DNA of 64,000 bases, from assembly GCA_963811165.1 (NCBI GenBank), contig CAWEQH010000004.1, positions 256,001-320,000 of the forward strand, given 5' to 3'. This document shows, one piece after another, positions 18,886-28,792 of the stretch. The notes under the pieces were generated by a model. It had not been told where the DNA came from, searched no databases, and saw nothing but the letters and a program-made list of their open reading frames with translations. Numbering within the stretch: position 1 is the stretch's first letter; every line of letters starts with the position of its first letter. Source of the stretch: an uncultured Nitrospiraceae bacterium. Its GTDB lineage: Bacteria > Nitrospirota > Thermodesulfovibrionia > Thermodesulfovibrionales > UBA6898. Made by a program: the position numbers and the translations under genes.

Positions 18886-20123
18886 ATAACCTTACCTGCA
18901 AGTGCGTATCTCGGTTAGACGGAGTATCGTCGGCAGAACTTGGACGGCTTTTCCAGGAGCCTTCTATCACGGCCCCATTACTTTCTCTCTTGCAGGAATC
19001 GGGTATTGACGGTTTCAATCTGCGGAGCATAGTAGTCTTAAAAGATGATGTTCCTGTTCTTTTGTTGCCGTTGTTTGAAACACGTTTTGACCTGTCCAGC
19101 TTTGTGAATGGATGGCTCAAGAGATCGCTTAAAGTGGCGGGCCGCCTCATCCCCCCTGTTTTTCAACCCCGTATTTTAAGCGTGGGACTGCTGGTAGGGG
19201 AATGGAGTGAAATAGGGATTGATCCTCAAATTGATGAGGGCACCCTCGAAGCGGCATGCAAAACGGCCCTTGATGCCTTGCAAAAGCTCGGATCCGAACT
19301 TAAAAGCGACATCGTGGCTTTTTACAACTTTAATCATTACGGCAAACTTCCCGGAGAAGTATTCGAGAAATTCAACCGGGTGCAATGTCAGTCCTGCGCC
19401 CGACAGCCTATCGATTTTAACAGCATGGAAGAATACATGGGCCGCCTTTCAAGGGCCGCGAGAAAAGACCTGCGCCGCAAAATGCGCGCATCCGACGAAG
19501 TCAGGGTGATTCGAAGCCGCACTATTTCTCCTTTTCTGGACAGGGTCTACAAGCTTTATCTGGAAACAGTGGCGCGGAGCCCACTGGCGCTTGGCGTGCT
19601 CAACCGTTTATTTTTTGAAAAAATCTGTGAGAGAGTCCCGGGCGCCGAATACACGCTTTATTTTGTGCAGGACGAACTCGTTGCTTTCAACCTTCTTGTG
19701 GTAAATAAGGAAGCGATGGTGGATAAATATTTCTGTATGGATCAGGAGCTCGGCCGCAAGTACAACCTTTATGCTTTGTCCTGGCTTGAAAATGTCCGCA
19801 CCTGCGTGGAGCAAAAAATACCTTTCTATTACGCCGGTCAGGGCGCGGAAAAGACCAAAGCGCATCTGGGTGCGACGTTGATCCCGAGCTTTATTTTATT
19901 CAAACACCGCTGGCCGGTGTTTGACCGTTTTCTTGACGGGCAACCGGCGGTGATCCAGAAGGTCCTCAGCGACCTTGGATTCTGGCACAGGACCGACAGG
20001 AGCACCCCCTCTTCAGATATTCCGGTACCTTGTAACCTTCAAAAGCAACCCCCCTCGCTCCCCCCTTGTCAGGGGGGAAGCCTCCAAACCTCCCCCGATA
20101 AGGGGAGGTTTGGAGGGGTTTGA
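18882..20123 (+). CDS. GNAT/FemAB-like acyltransferase
   Basis: IDFNSMEEYMGRLSRAARKDLRRK, FFEKI, LVAFNL, YYAGQG..KTKAHLGA; ATG 18882 overlaps the PPTase stop (ATGA). Confidence 0.8.
   Translation: MNNLTCKCVSRLDGVSSAELGRLFQEPSITAPLLSLLQESGIDGFNLRSIVVLKDDVPVLLLPLFETRFDLSSFVNGWLKRSLKVAGRLIPPVFQPRILSVGLLVGEWSEIGIDPQIDEGTLEAACKTALDALQKLGSELKSDIVAFYNFNHYGKLPGEVFEKFNRVQCQSCARQPIDFNSMEEYMGRLSRAARKDLRRKMRASDEVRVIRSRTISPFLDRVYKLYLETVARSPLALGVLNRLFFEKICERVPGAEYTLYFVQDELVAFNLLVVNKEAMVDKYFCMDQELGRKYNLYALSWLENVRTCVEQKIPFYYAGQGAEKTKAHLGATLIPSFILFKHRWPVFDRFLDGQPAVIQKVLSDLGFWHRTDRSTPSSDIPVPCNLQKQPPSLPPCQGGSLQTSPDKGRFGGV
20047..20121. repeat. REP/MITE-like double-hairpin element inside the GNAT 3' end
   Basis: TCCCCCCT-TGTC-AGGGGGGA (20059-20078) and a perfect 15-bp inverted repeat CCTCCAAACCTCCCC/GGGGAGGTTTGGAGG (20081-20116). 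Confidence 0.65.
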
Positions 20124-20129
20124 TGAGAT

Positions 20130-21077
20130 ATGACCAAAGAAACAGAATACGCAATCGAAGTCGAGAAACTGACGAAGAGTTACGGGGATTTACTGGCGGT
20201 CAACGACATATCGTTCGCCGTCAGAAAGGGCGAGGTGTTTGCCTTCCTGGGCCCAAACGGCGCCGGCAAAACTACAACGGTCGAGATCATCGAGACGATC
20301 CGTCCTCCCACTTCCGGGAAGGTGACCCTTCTTGGCATGGACGTTACGAAGAAGAAGCATGACATCGTCCACCGCATCGGCGTCCTCCCGCAGGGGTTCA
20401 GTTCGTTCGACAGGATAACGGTCAGGGAGACCCTGCAGTACTACGCGCGGCTATTCAGCGTGAAAACGGATATCGACGGATTGATTGAGCTCGTAAACCT
20501 CAGGGACAAGACCAAAGAGCAGTACAAAAACCTCTCCGGTGGCTTGAAACAGCGCCTCGGAATTGCGATTGCCCTCGTAAACGACCCGGAGGTCGTGTTC
20601 CTCGACGAGCCGACGACTGGGCTCGACCCCCGCGCCAGACACGAGGTATGGGAGGTCCTGCTTGGCCTTAAAAAGAAAGGGAAGACTGTATTTCTCACCA
20701 CACACTATATGGAGGAAGCGGAGCTTCTTGCAGACACGGTCGCCATAATCTCGAAGGGGAAGGTAATCGCCACGGGCTCGCCACGTGAACTCATCGAAAG
20801 CAATGCGAATTACCTGGCCCTCACGCTAAAGCCGGTCGATGGAAAAGTCTTTGAAATAATCCGGACGATGGGCTTCGAGCCGGTCCTTGACAACCACAAC
20901 GACATCAAGATCAGGGTAGAGCACACAGACGATGTGCAGAAGATACTGAATGCCATCAGGGATGCAGGGGCCTTGTACCTCGGTCTGGACGTTCGGAAAC
21001 CCAACTTTGAAGAGGTATTCCTGAAGCTCACCGGCGAGGCGCTGCGGGAAGATTCGCCCGAAATGGTGGCGAAATGA
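20130..21077 (+). CDS. ABC-2 type exporter ATP-binding protein
   Basis: GPNGAGKTT, LSGGLKQR, FLDEPTTGLDP, LTTHYMEEA. Confidence 0.95.
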   Translation: MTKETEYAIEVEKLTKSYGDLLAVNDISFAVRKGEVFAFLGPNGAGKTTTVEIIETIRPPTSGKVTLLGMDVTKKKHDIVHRIGVLPQGFSSFDRITVRETLQYYARLFSVKTDIDGLIELVNLRDKTKEQYKNLSGGLKQRLGIAIALVNDPEVVFLDEPTTGLDPRARHEVWEVLLGLKKKGKTVFLTTHYMEEAELLADTVAIISKGKVIATGSPRELIESNANYLALTLKPVDGKVFEIIRTMGFEPVLDNHNDIKIRVEHTDDVQKILNAIRDAGALYLGLDVRKPNFEEVFLKLTGEALREDSPEMVAK

Positions 21078-22189
21078 AACCGCGGATCATCAGTGCAAAT
21101 CTTGTTGTGAAGCTCATGGGATTCTACCGCGAGAAGACCACCATGTTTTTCACGTTTGCGTTCCCGATAGTTCTGATACTCGTCTTCGGCACGATATTTA
21201 TGAGCCAGGACAGCATGGAATACCGCCTTAGCGTGCAGGACCTCGACCAGACAAAGGCGTCCGCAGAATCCGTCAAGACCCTGGGGCAGAAAGGGAAATT
21301 CAAGATAACAAGCGTCGACCCTGCCGTCGACGCCACGCGGTACGTCAGGGACAGCAAGGTGAACCTTGTCCTCGTTATTCCGAAAGGCTATGAAAAGTCT
21401 CTCGTGCAAAGAATGATGTTCAAGGAATATAACTCATCCGTAACCATTACCTATATATACGACCCCAGCTCCTCTTCGGTCATGACGAAGATTCAGATCC
21501 TTAATGCAGTGTTGGCCGGGATAAACCAGGGGATATCCGGGGTTCCGCCTTTCATCAGATCGGCCGAAAGATCGATACTCGCCAGGAAATACCGGTTCAT
21601 CGAGTTCTTCGTCCCCGGTATCATCGCGATGTCGGTGATGACGCTGAGCCTTTTCGGCACCGTGGACTCTGACACGGAACTGAGGCAGAAGGGTGTCATC
21701 AGAAAGTTGTCCACCACGCCTATCACCCGCACCGACTGGATACTTTCAAACATCCTTTACCATTTCATCCTTGCGGTCATATCCACTATTTTGATGCTGC
21801 TGGTGAGCTACGCCGTGTTTGACGTCAGCCTGCATATCGACGCCTGGCTCCTTGCGTTCGTTTTGCTTGACGTCTTCGCGTTTGTCGGGACCGGCATGAT
21901 ACTCACCCGTTTCGTTAAGGAGGCGCAGAGCGCGGCAGCCGCCGCAAACGCCATCAGTTACCCGATGATGTTCCTCTCTGGGAGCTTTTTCCCTATCGAG
22001 CTGATGCCGGGGTTCCTGCAGAAGATAGCCAGGACACTGCCTCTTTATTACGTAAACGAGGGGCTCCGGGCATCCATGGTATTTCGGGACAACATGGCCG
22101 CGCTGAGGTCCTCCGCAGTCATAGGGGTTTATGCGGCCGCGGTCTTTATCCTGGGGATCATGGCCACCAGATGGGAAGAGGGCCGGTGA
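21074..22189 (+). CDS. ABC-2 type exporter permease
   Basis: FFTFAFPIVL, FFVPGIIAM, MFLSGSFFP; ATGA overlap with the ATPase. Confidence 0.92.
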   Translation: MKPRIISANLVVKLMGFYREKTTMFFTFAFPIVLILVFGTIFMSQDSMEYRLSVQDLDQTKASAESVKTLGQKGKFKITSVDPAVDATRYVRDSKVNLVLVIPKGYEKSLVQRMMFKEYNSSVTITYIYDPSSSSVMTKIQILNAVLAGINQGISGVPPFIRSAERSILARKYRFIEFFVPGIIAMSVMTLSLFGTVDSDTELRQKGVIRKLSTTPITRTDWILSNILYHFILAVISTILMLLVSYAVFDVSLHIDAWLLAFVLLDVFAFVGTGMILTRFVKEAQSAAAAANAISYPMMFLSGSFFPIELMPGFLQKIARTLPLYYVNEGLRASMVFRDNMAALRSSAVIGVYAAAVFILGIMATRWEEGR

Positions 22190-23955
22190 CGGCAAAGGAC
22201 TCCCTTCGCGCCGTCACTCAGACACACTATCCCCGCGCCATCAGCGCCTTGCTTTTAGCGACGCTCGCGGTACTCATCGATCTCATAGTGAGGTCCGGCG
22301 CTTACCGGGACCTGCTCCTTCTCCTGCCTGTCGGCGGCATCATGAAATTATCGGCCGGCCTCGCGCTGGCCTTCCTGCAGATGGTCGCGCTCTTCTATCT
22401 CGTTGTCCTTCTCCCCGCAATTTTCCGCCTGGCGACCGTCCTTTTTTCTTCCTTCGTCATAGTCGTACAGTGCTCATACTGGCTGACTCTGAAGCAGTTC
22501 ATGACCGGCACCGACCTGCTTTTAGCCCTGACCGTAAGCGGTGAAAACCGGGCAGACGCCATCTCAAGCTTCTTTCAGCCGCTCGTATTCCTGTATGCTC
22601 TCCCCTACGCACTGGTTCTGTCGGCACTGTTGTTCGTCCGCCCTGTATCCACCTTCCGCAAAAACTTCGTCCTCGGCCTTCTGCCGGTGCTCTTTCTTCT
22701 TACTTCCAATTACGCTCTCTTCCTCCACGTGCCTGAACGCAGCTTCCATCTGAACCCCCTGACATCCTTTGTCCGTTTAACGCTTCATTACGGGTTTGAA
22801 AATCTGCGCGCCTATCATGGACCACGCGATGAACTGCCTCCGTTCCACGTCTCCCAACGGCCGCCCGACAGCATAATCTATGTCATCGATGAGTCGGTCC
22901 GGGGCAGCAATCTCAGCCTGAATGGCTATCCGCGGGCCACCACACCGTTTCTTCAATACCTCGAATCACGGGGACGCCTGAAAAATCTCGGCATCTGTAT
23001 CGCGGCCGGTTCCTTTACCCACATCAGCAATGCCTATCTCATCAGCGGTCACAACTCTCTCCCCGACAACGACTTTCGCACCGACAGGAACCCGACCATC
23101 TTTGACTACGCAAAGAAAATGGGCTACGAGACGATCTACATTGATATCAATCAAGCCTACCTCCCACAACTCATGAAAGCGGCCGGGGATGCTCCTGTTC
23201 GGTCCCTGGACCGGTGGATGAACGAGCAGTCGTTTACGGAGCGCCACATCGACCTTGAGACCACGAAGGACCCGGGCATAGCCCGTTTTCTCAGCGGTCT
23301 TCTGAATGCGCGGGGCGGCTATTTTATCGTCGTCAACAAAAAAGGTCTCCATTTCAAATATCACTACAGATACCCGGACGAACCGGCCTTTACGGTCTGG
23401 AGGCCGGTCATGAAGGCTTCGGACCCCATTGACATCAGCGCGGCCGGACGCGAGAAGCTCGTCAATACCTATGACAATGGGATCCGCTTTCAGGTTGATG
23501 AATTCTTTCGGGTGCTTATTTCCGAAACGACGAACCAGAACTATGTTATTCTGTACACCTCGGACCATGGACAGACCTTGTCTGAGCATGGGCAATTGTA
23601 TACACACATGAAGCCTGAGAAGGTTATCGTCGATGTTCCCGAGTTCCTCGTGTCAGGCGAGCGGTATGCAAGGAAAGGGCTCTTGGCCGGCATTGCCCTA
23701 GGCATCAGGATTTCCCATCTCAACAATTTCGCGACCCTTCTCGACCTGATGGGAGTACCGATGTCTTTGAGGGTCCGTCCTTACGACAAATCGATTTTCT
23801 CTTTGACAGCCGGGGACAACAAAGTGCGCTACTTTATGAGCGGCTCTCTTCATGGGACCGGTGATTACGTGGTGAAGATGATACCTACGCCACCTGATGT
23901 GCACCTGGCTGTTTCGAGACCTTTCGGCAATGGGGCCAGGGCTGACGGACAGTGA
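22186..23955 (+). CDS. Membrane sulfatase-superfamily / phosphoethanolamine-transferase-like protein
   Basis: About 5 TM helices, then IIYVIDESVR, SFTHIS (Thr nucleophile position), NTYDNGI, LYTSDHG; GTG 22186 overlaps the permease stop. Confidence 0.8.
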   Translation: MTAKDSLRAVTQTHYPRAISALLLATLAVLIDLIVRSGAYRDLLLLLPVGGIMKLSAGLALAFLQMVALFYLVVLLPAIFRLATVLFSSFVIVVQCSYWLTLKQFMTGTDLLLALTVSGENRADAISSFFQPLVFLYALPYALVLSALLFVRPVSTFRKNFVLGLLPVLFLLTSNYALFLHVPERSFHLNPLTSFVRLTLHYGFENLRAYHGPRDELPPFHVSQRPPDSIIYVIDESVRGSNLSLNGYPRATTPFLQYLESRGRLKNLGICIAAGSFTHISNAYLISGHNSLPDNDFRTDRNPTIFDYAKKMGYETIYIDINQAYLPQLMKAAGDAPVRSLDRWMNEQSFTERHIDLETTKDPGIARFLSGLLNARGGYFIVVNKKGLHFKYHYRYPDEPAFTVWRPVMKASDPIDISAAGREKLVNTYDNGIRFQVDEFFRVLISETTNQNYVILYTSDHGQTLSEHGQLYTHMKPEKVIVDVPEFLVSGERYARKGLLAGIALGIRISHLNNFATLLDLMGVPMSLRVRPYDKSIFSLTAGDNKVRYFMSGSLHGTGDYVVKMIPTPPDVHLAVSRPFGNGARADGQ

Positions 23956-23973
23956 TTTTTGGGAAATGAAAAC

Positions 23974-25326
23974 ATGAACATAAAACTTATCGCACCGCGC
24001 GAGCAGCGTGAAGACACTTTATCCAGCTCTCTTAAACTACAGAGGGTAAATCTTCCGCTTCTTGCAGCGCTTGCGCCGCCCGGGCACAGGGTCACAATCG
24101 TCGATGAGGCCTTTGGACCCGATGACACTAACCAAGATGTGGACTTGGTGGGTATCACCGTCATGACTGATGTTGTGCCAAGGGCCTATGATATCGCTGC
24201 TGCCTATCGCCGGAAGGCCGTGAAGGTGGTGATGGGAGGGATACACCCCACGGTATTGCCTGACGAAGCTTTAGAGCATGCGGACTCTGTAGTCGTGGGA
24301 GAAGCGGAGGGTATCTGGCCACAACTTATATCTGATGCGGCCTCTGGGCAGATGCAAAGAATATATCGGGCCGATAAAATGACCGACCTCCAGGGCCTGC
24401 CCAAACCCCGGCGGGATCTCTTCCCCGGAAGCAAAGGTAAAGGCTATATCCCGATCCCGATCGGCGTCGAGACATCCCGGGGATGTCCGAACGATTGTGA
24501 ATTCTGTTCTATCGGACGGACATTGGGGCGTCAATATCGGGTCAGGCCGGCTCTGGAGGTGATTGCCGAGATAGAGGCCATTGATTCCCGTCACATTTTC
24601 TTTGTCGATGACGCCCTTGCGCTGAACCGGAATGAAGCAAAAAAGCTCTTTACTGAAATGATACCTCTTCGGCGGCTATGGCTGGGGCAGGGGACGGTGT
24701 CGTTGGCTGAGGATGTGGAACTGCTCAGGTTGATGAGACGTGCGGGGTGCATGGGGCTTTTGATCGGATTCGAATCTGTACAGAAAGCAACCCAGAATGA
24801 GGTGAAGAAAATAAAGAACCTGAGGATCGATTTTTATGAGGCGATGCGTCGGTTCCATGACGAAGGTTTCGGTATTCTTGGCGCGTTTGTTTTTGGCTTT
24901 GATTACGAAAACAAGGACGTGTTCGACCAGACCCTTGAGTTTGTAATGAGGAGCCGCATGGATTGTGCCGAGCTAAGGATTCTCACTCCGTATCCGGGGA
25001 CCCGGCTATATGATCGCCTCTTAAGCGAAGGCAGGTTGTTCGAGCGTGACTGGTGGCTCCGTGGATATCCTCCTGATACACTTCTTTATCAACCCAGGGG
25101 CATGACTACTGAGGAGCTCATTAAGGGTTTCGCCCGCTTGAACAGACAAGCATATTCCTTCGGAGCAATAACAAAGCGATTCTTTGGCATGAGCCCGTGG
25201 AAACGGACCCTGTTCGGTTGTCAGGTGTACGCCGGGATCAATCTTTCTACCCGTAAGCGTTATTTCAATGGTCTGAAGAGTCCACAACCATTTGCAGGGG
25301 CTTCCGACTCAACAGTAGAGCGGTAG
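23974..25326 (+). CDS. B12-binding domain radical SAM protein
   Basis: VVMGGIHPT..PDE B12-domain motif, TSRGCPNDCEFC, FFVDD, IGFES, LTPYPGT. Confidence 0.92.
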   Translation: MNIKLIAPREQREDTLSSSLKLQRVNLPLLAALAPPGHRVTIVDEAFGPDDTNQDVDLVGITVMTDVVPRAYDIAAAYRRKAVKVVMGGIHPTVLPDEALEHADSVVVGEAEGIWPQLISDAASGQMQRIYRADKMTDLQGLPKPRRDLFPGSKGKGYIPIPIGVETSRGCPNDCEFCSIGRTLGRQYRVRPALEVIAEIEAIDSRHIFFVDDALALNRNEAKKLFTEMIPLRRLWLGQGTVSLAEDVELLRLMRRAGCMGLLIGFESVQKATQNEVKKIKNLRIDFYEAMRRFHDEGFGILGAFVFGFDYENKDVFDQTLEFVMRSRMDCAELRILTPYPGTRLYDRLLSEGRLFERDWWLRGYPPDTLLYQPRGMTTEELIKGFARLNRQAYSFGAITKRFFGMSPWKRTLFGCQVYAGINLSTRKRYFNGLKSPQPFAGASDSTVER

Positions 25327-25374
25327 AGATTACCTATGAAAAGACGGGCAAATATATGATCGTGTGGTATGACG

Positions 25375-25403
25375 TTGCATTGAAGGGTTTTCTGAAATAG
25401 AAT
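25375..25403 (+). promoter_or_regulatory. Putative sigma-70 promoter of the second radical SAM gene
   Basis: TTGCAT-17 nt-TAGAAT, 11 nt before ATG 25415. Confidence 0.5.
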
Positions 25404-25414
25404 TTTATAGAAAT

Positions 25415-26797
25415 ATGGTTATCAGAAGAATTTCATTTATCGAAGCGGGCTCACCCGGCCTGCATATTTTCAGCAAATTTCCCATACCGCGGCTTGGCGC
25501 CGTGTTGCTTTCTACTATCCTCAAGGCAAGTGGATACGAAGTAAAGGCATTTATTGAGGACGTTGCCGAACCCGATTGGTCATTCATTGAGAACTCCGAC
25601 ATCGTCTGCATCTCGACCATAACGTCGACAGCGACAAAGGCGTACAAAGTAGGGAAACGGCTAAAAGCACTGGGGATGCCGGTGATTATGGGTGGGGCAC
25701 ATCCTACGTTTATGCCCGATGAGTCCCTGGAATATGCCGACTTTGTCATACGGGGGGAAGGAGAGCATTCCCTTGTGGAACTGCTTGAGCACCTGGTGAC
25801 CGGTACCCCGGCATTAGCGGGTATCAAAGGGCTTTCGTACAGGGACAGGGACGGGAGGAATGTTCACAACCCCTCCAGAGAATTTATCGAAGACCTCGAC
25901 AGCCTCCCCGAGCCTGACTTCTCCCTTGTCCATAACTGGACCCCGTCAAATACCTATCCTGTTTCGACGTCGAGGGGCTGTCCCTATGACTGCAAGTTCT
26001 GCTCAGTCATCCAGATGTTCGGAAGAAGCTACCGTTTTAAATCCGTTGAGGCAACGCTGAGGGAATTGAAATATGTAGCATCAGCGTCCAAGGCGACCAA
26101 GTTCATTGTTGACGATAACTTTGCGGCTAATAAAAGAAGGACCAAGGAAATCCTCAGGGGGATGATTGCAGAGGGAATTAAGACGCGATGGTCTGCCCAG
26201 GTAAGGACAGATGTTGCCAGAGACCCGGAACTTCTCCGCCTGATGGCTGACTCGGGCTGCCATACTTTGTACATCGGCTTTGAATCCATCAATCCCGCGA
26301 CGCTTGAAGACTATAATAAAAGGCAGGGACTGCAGGATATTATTTCCTGCATAAGGACAGTAAGGGAACACGGTATCCATATCCACGGAATGTTCGTCCT
26401 GGGGGCGGACACTGACGATGTGGAGACCTTCCGCGGGACTGCTGATTTTGCAAGAGACCATGGGATTGACACGGTACAGTTCCTGATTCTTACACCGCTG
26501 CCGGGAACACCGTTCTTTCACGACATGATGGAAAGCGGAAGACTTCTCCATAGGGACTGGAGTAAATATGATGTCCAGCATGTAGTTTTCAGCCCCCGGC
26601 TCATGTCACCGGCCACGCTGCAGATAGAGACCTTCAGGGCAATGGGTCGTTTTTATTCATGGAGATATATTTTCAGGCATCTGGCCAGATTGGACTTCCA
26701 CTACGCAGCGATCGGACTCTTTGGCAAGACAGCCGTTCATAAATCCCTGAAGGCGTCTTCCGTCTATCTTGCTGACCTCGGCCTCAGCGCCGGTTAA
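25415..26797 (+). CDS. B12-binding domain radical SAM protein
   Basis: VIMGGAHPTFMPDE, TSRGCPYDCKFC, VDDNF, IGFES, LTPLPGT. Confidence 0.92.
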   Translation: MVIRRISFIEAGSPGLHIFSKFPIPRLGAVLLSTILKASGYEVKAFIEDVAEPDWSFIENSDIVCISTITSTATKAYKVGKRLKALGMPVIMGGAHPTFMPDESLEYADFVIRGEGEHSLVELLEHLVTGTPALAGIKGLSYRDRDGRNVHNPSREFIEDLDSLPEPDFSLVHNWTPSNTYPVSTSRGCPYDCKFCSVIQMFGRSYRFKSVEATLRELKYVASASKATKFIVDDNFAANKRRTKEILRGMIAEGIKTRWSAQVRTDVARDPELLRLMADSGCHTLYIGFESINPATLEDYNKRQGLQDIISCIRTVREHGIHIHGMFVLGADTDDVETFRGTADFARDHGIDTVQFLILTPLPGTPFFHDMMESGRLLHRDWSKYDVQHVVFSPRLMSPATLQIETFRAMGRFYSWRYIFRHLARLDFHYAAIGLFGKTAVHKSLKASSVYLADLGLSAG

Positions 26798-26845
26798 AAG
26801 AAAGCCGTCCGGAGCATTTTTTTTCGCATAGGCACGACCTCTTCT

Positions 26846-27736
26846 TCACGTCTCAAACCCTGATAGTTTCTCCTCAGCCGATTCGTCGGTCTTGCGCTCA
26901 AGTTCTGCAATAACCTGCGCACCTAATAAAAGGATTAATGCTACAGCTTCCACACTGAGAAGGGCGACCACTACCGTGGCGATAGAACCATAAATTAAAT
27001 TTACCAAAGATACGACCGCGTAATACCATACCAGTATACGGCGGGCGATCTCCCATAAAATCGTTGCGGTCATCCCTCCGACCAGCGCGTGACGAAAGGC
27101 AATACGTACGCCGGGCATCACCAAATATATGGAAGTGAGCATAACCACCTCACCAAGTATCCCCAGCATATGCAGGGCGACCCTGGAAGTATCTTCAAGA
27201 CTTAAACTCCATCCAAACAATAGCAATTGCCTTTTTTCAAGTATCTCCAAAGCTCCTGAAATAAACGACACCAGCACTATACCCAGCCCCATTAACAAGA
27301 TATACACATACGGAATAATTGCGGAGATGAGAAAGTTGCGGCGCTGAATCCTGACACGTTGAAAAAAGATCACTGACATCGCGTTTTCAAGCATTGAAAA
27401 AGCTATGGAGCTGAAAAACAACATAACAACGAAGCCGATAATGCCAATCACCTTGCGATGCCCAAGAAATACCCGCACCTGTTCAGTCAAAGTTGCTGCA
27501 TAGCCGGGTATCAGCATTCCTATATATGTTGACAGGGTGTCAAACAACTGTCCCTCTCCTATAAAATGCGACAACACAATTAGGGCGAGGATTGACATGG
27601 GAACAATTGACAACAGGGTATAATAAGCTATAGCGCCGGATAACAGCAGCCCCTGATTGCGTTTAAAGGCGCGCAATACCCTTAGCAGGAAGCTCAAGAG
27701 CCGATCCAGTCTCCAATTTGCATTTTGTTGTTTCAT
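26846..27736 (-). CDS. YihY/BrkB family membrane protein
   Basis: GAIAYYTLLSIVP, YGSIA, ILLLGAQV; six or more TM segments. Confidence 0.88.
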   Translation of the reverse strand: MKQQNANWRLDRLLSFLLRVLRAFKRNQGLLLSGAIAYYTLLSIVPMSILALIVLSHFIGEGQLFDTLSTYIGMLIPGYAATLTEQVRVFLGHRKVIGIIGFVVMLFFSSIAFSMLENAMSVIFFQRVRIQRRNFLISAIIPYVYILLMGLGIVLVSFISGALEILEKRQLLLFGWSLSLEDTSRVALHMLGILGEVVMLTSIYLVMPGVRIAFRHALVGGMTATILWEIARRILVWYYAVVSLVNLIYGSIATVVVALLSVEAVALILLLGAQVIAELERKTDESAEEKLSGFET

Positions 27737-27915
27737 CAAGGAATAAGAAATCACACAAAAAGTATTGTCTTTATAAAATCATCTCATAAAATATGCCGAC
27801 TTCAACATAAAAACGTTGCCGCCGAGGACAAGGCACAACAGGAACACCTTCACACCTAAGCCGGGTGAATATTCGATGGCACAACGAAGCGCTGAAAGAC
27901 GCACTTATTTTCTCC

Positions 27916-27944
27916 TTGCTAATTATGCGTAGGCATGCTATTCT
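27916..27944 (+). promoter_or_regulatory. Putative promoter of the cold-shock gene, giving a long 5' UTR
   Basis: TTGCTA-17 nt-TATTCT with extended TG; leader of about 115 nt contains hairpin AGGCCACAAAGA...TCTTTGCGGCCT. Confidence 0.5.
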
Positions 27945-28067
27945 AGAAATAGAATTTTAGAAGTTTTTGCCGTTTATGAGGCCACAAAGACTCTTGATCT
28001 TTGCGGCCTTTTTTATTTGCCGAGACCTTCTAGATTTGAGTCTATAGATAAGGAGGTAATAAGGAAA

Positions 28068-28268
28068 ATGGAACAAGGAACAGTGAAGTGGTTTAATGAC
28101 AGCAAGGGTTTTGGATTCATCGCGAATAGCGATGGAAGCGAAGCTTTTGTGCATCATACTTCCATCCAGGGTAATGGCTTTAAGAGTCTTGCTGAGGGTG
28201 ACAAGGTCAGCTTTGATACCGAAAAAGGCCCGAAAGGCCCCAAGGCAATCAACGTCGTCAAACTGTAA
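28068..28268 (+). CDS. Cold-shock protein (CspA family)
   Basis: [18 protein letters not shown]...FVHHTSI (RNP1/RNP2); AAGGAGG upstream. Confidence 0.96.
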   Translation: MEQGTVKWFNDSKGFGFIANSDGSEAFVHHTSIQGNGFKSLAEGDKVSFDTEKGPKGPKAINVVKL

Positions 28269-28323
28269 TCAGCGGGAAGAAGGCCTCTTCACGATGAAGG
28301 GGCCCTTCTCATTAGAGGAGAAG

Positions 28324-28695
28324 ATGAACACCAGTGCGAACAGCAAAAAGAATGCAGCAAGGATTGAAAGGCAGCAACGGAAGCTCGACGCAGGTTCTAT
28401 GGTTGCCCAATTCCCAGAGGTTAAGGGCATCGCCATCAACATGATATACAGCCAGAGGGGCATACTGAAATCAGTGCCCAGGGTTGTTAATTTCTTTCCC
28501 GGCAGTTCTGCGTTGTTCAGGATAGACTGCCTGAAAAAGGAATGTACCAGCGGAGGGTTTGATCTCACCCAGGTCATCACCGGGATGATCAAAAACCGCA
28601 AAGAGGCCGCCAAAGGAGATCTCAGTTGCGAAGGCGTCGGTCCTTCTGCCGACCACTCAAATATTGCCTACGAAGTTGCCATACAATACGCATAG
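28324..28695 (+). CDS. Hypothetical protein with C-x4-C...C...H pattern (paralog 1)
   Basis: GAGGAG RBS, ATG 28324; similar along its length to 28793-29170. Confidence 0.75.
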   Translation: MNTSANSKKNAARIERQQRKLDAGSMVAQFPEVKGIAINMIYSQRGILKSVPRVVNFFPGSSALFRIDCLKKECTSGGFDLTQVITGMIKNRKEAAKGDLSCEGVGPSADHSNIAYEVAIQYA

Positions 28696-28713
28696 AGCCG
28701 CTGCCCTTTAATC

Positions 28714-28738
28714 GGCAATCAACGTAGTCAAACTGTAA
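28714..28738 (+). repeat. Second copy of the last 25 nt of the csp gene
   Basis: GGCAATCAACGTAGTCAAACTGTAA vs GGCAATCAACGTCGTCAAACTGTAA at 28244-28268 (24/25). Confidence 0.85.
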
Positions 28739-28792
28739 CCGACCTGAGAAGCCGCTCCGTAGTGCAGCGGGACTTCATCTGAAAGGTGAATA

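Noticed and set aside
27760..27900. Possible riboswitch between yihY and csp
   Set aside because: No riboswitch consensus recognisable by eye; an Infernal/Rfam scan would be needed.
28096..28323. Extension of the hypothetical ORF overlapping csp
   Set aside because: RBS and alignment with the paralog support ATG 28324.
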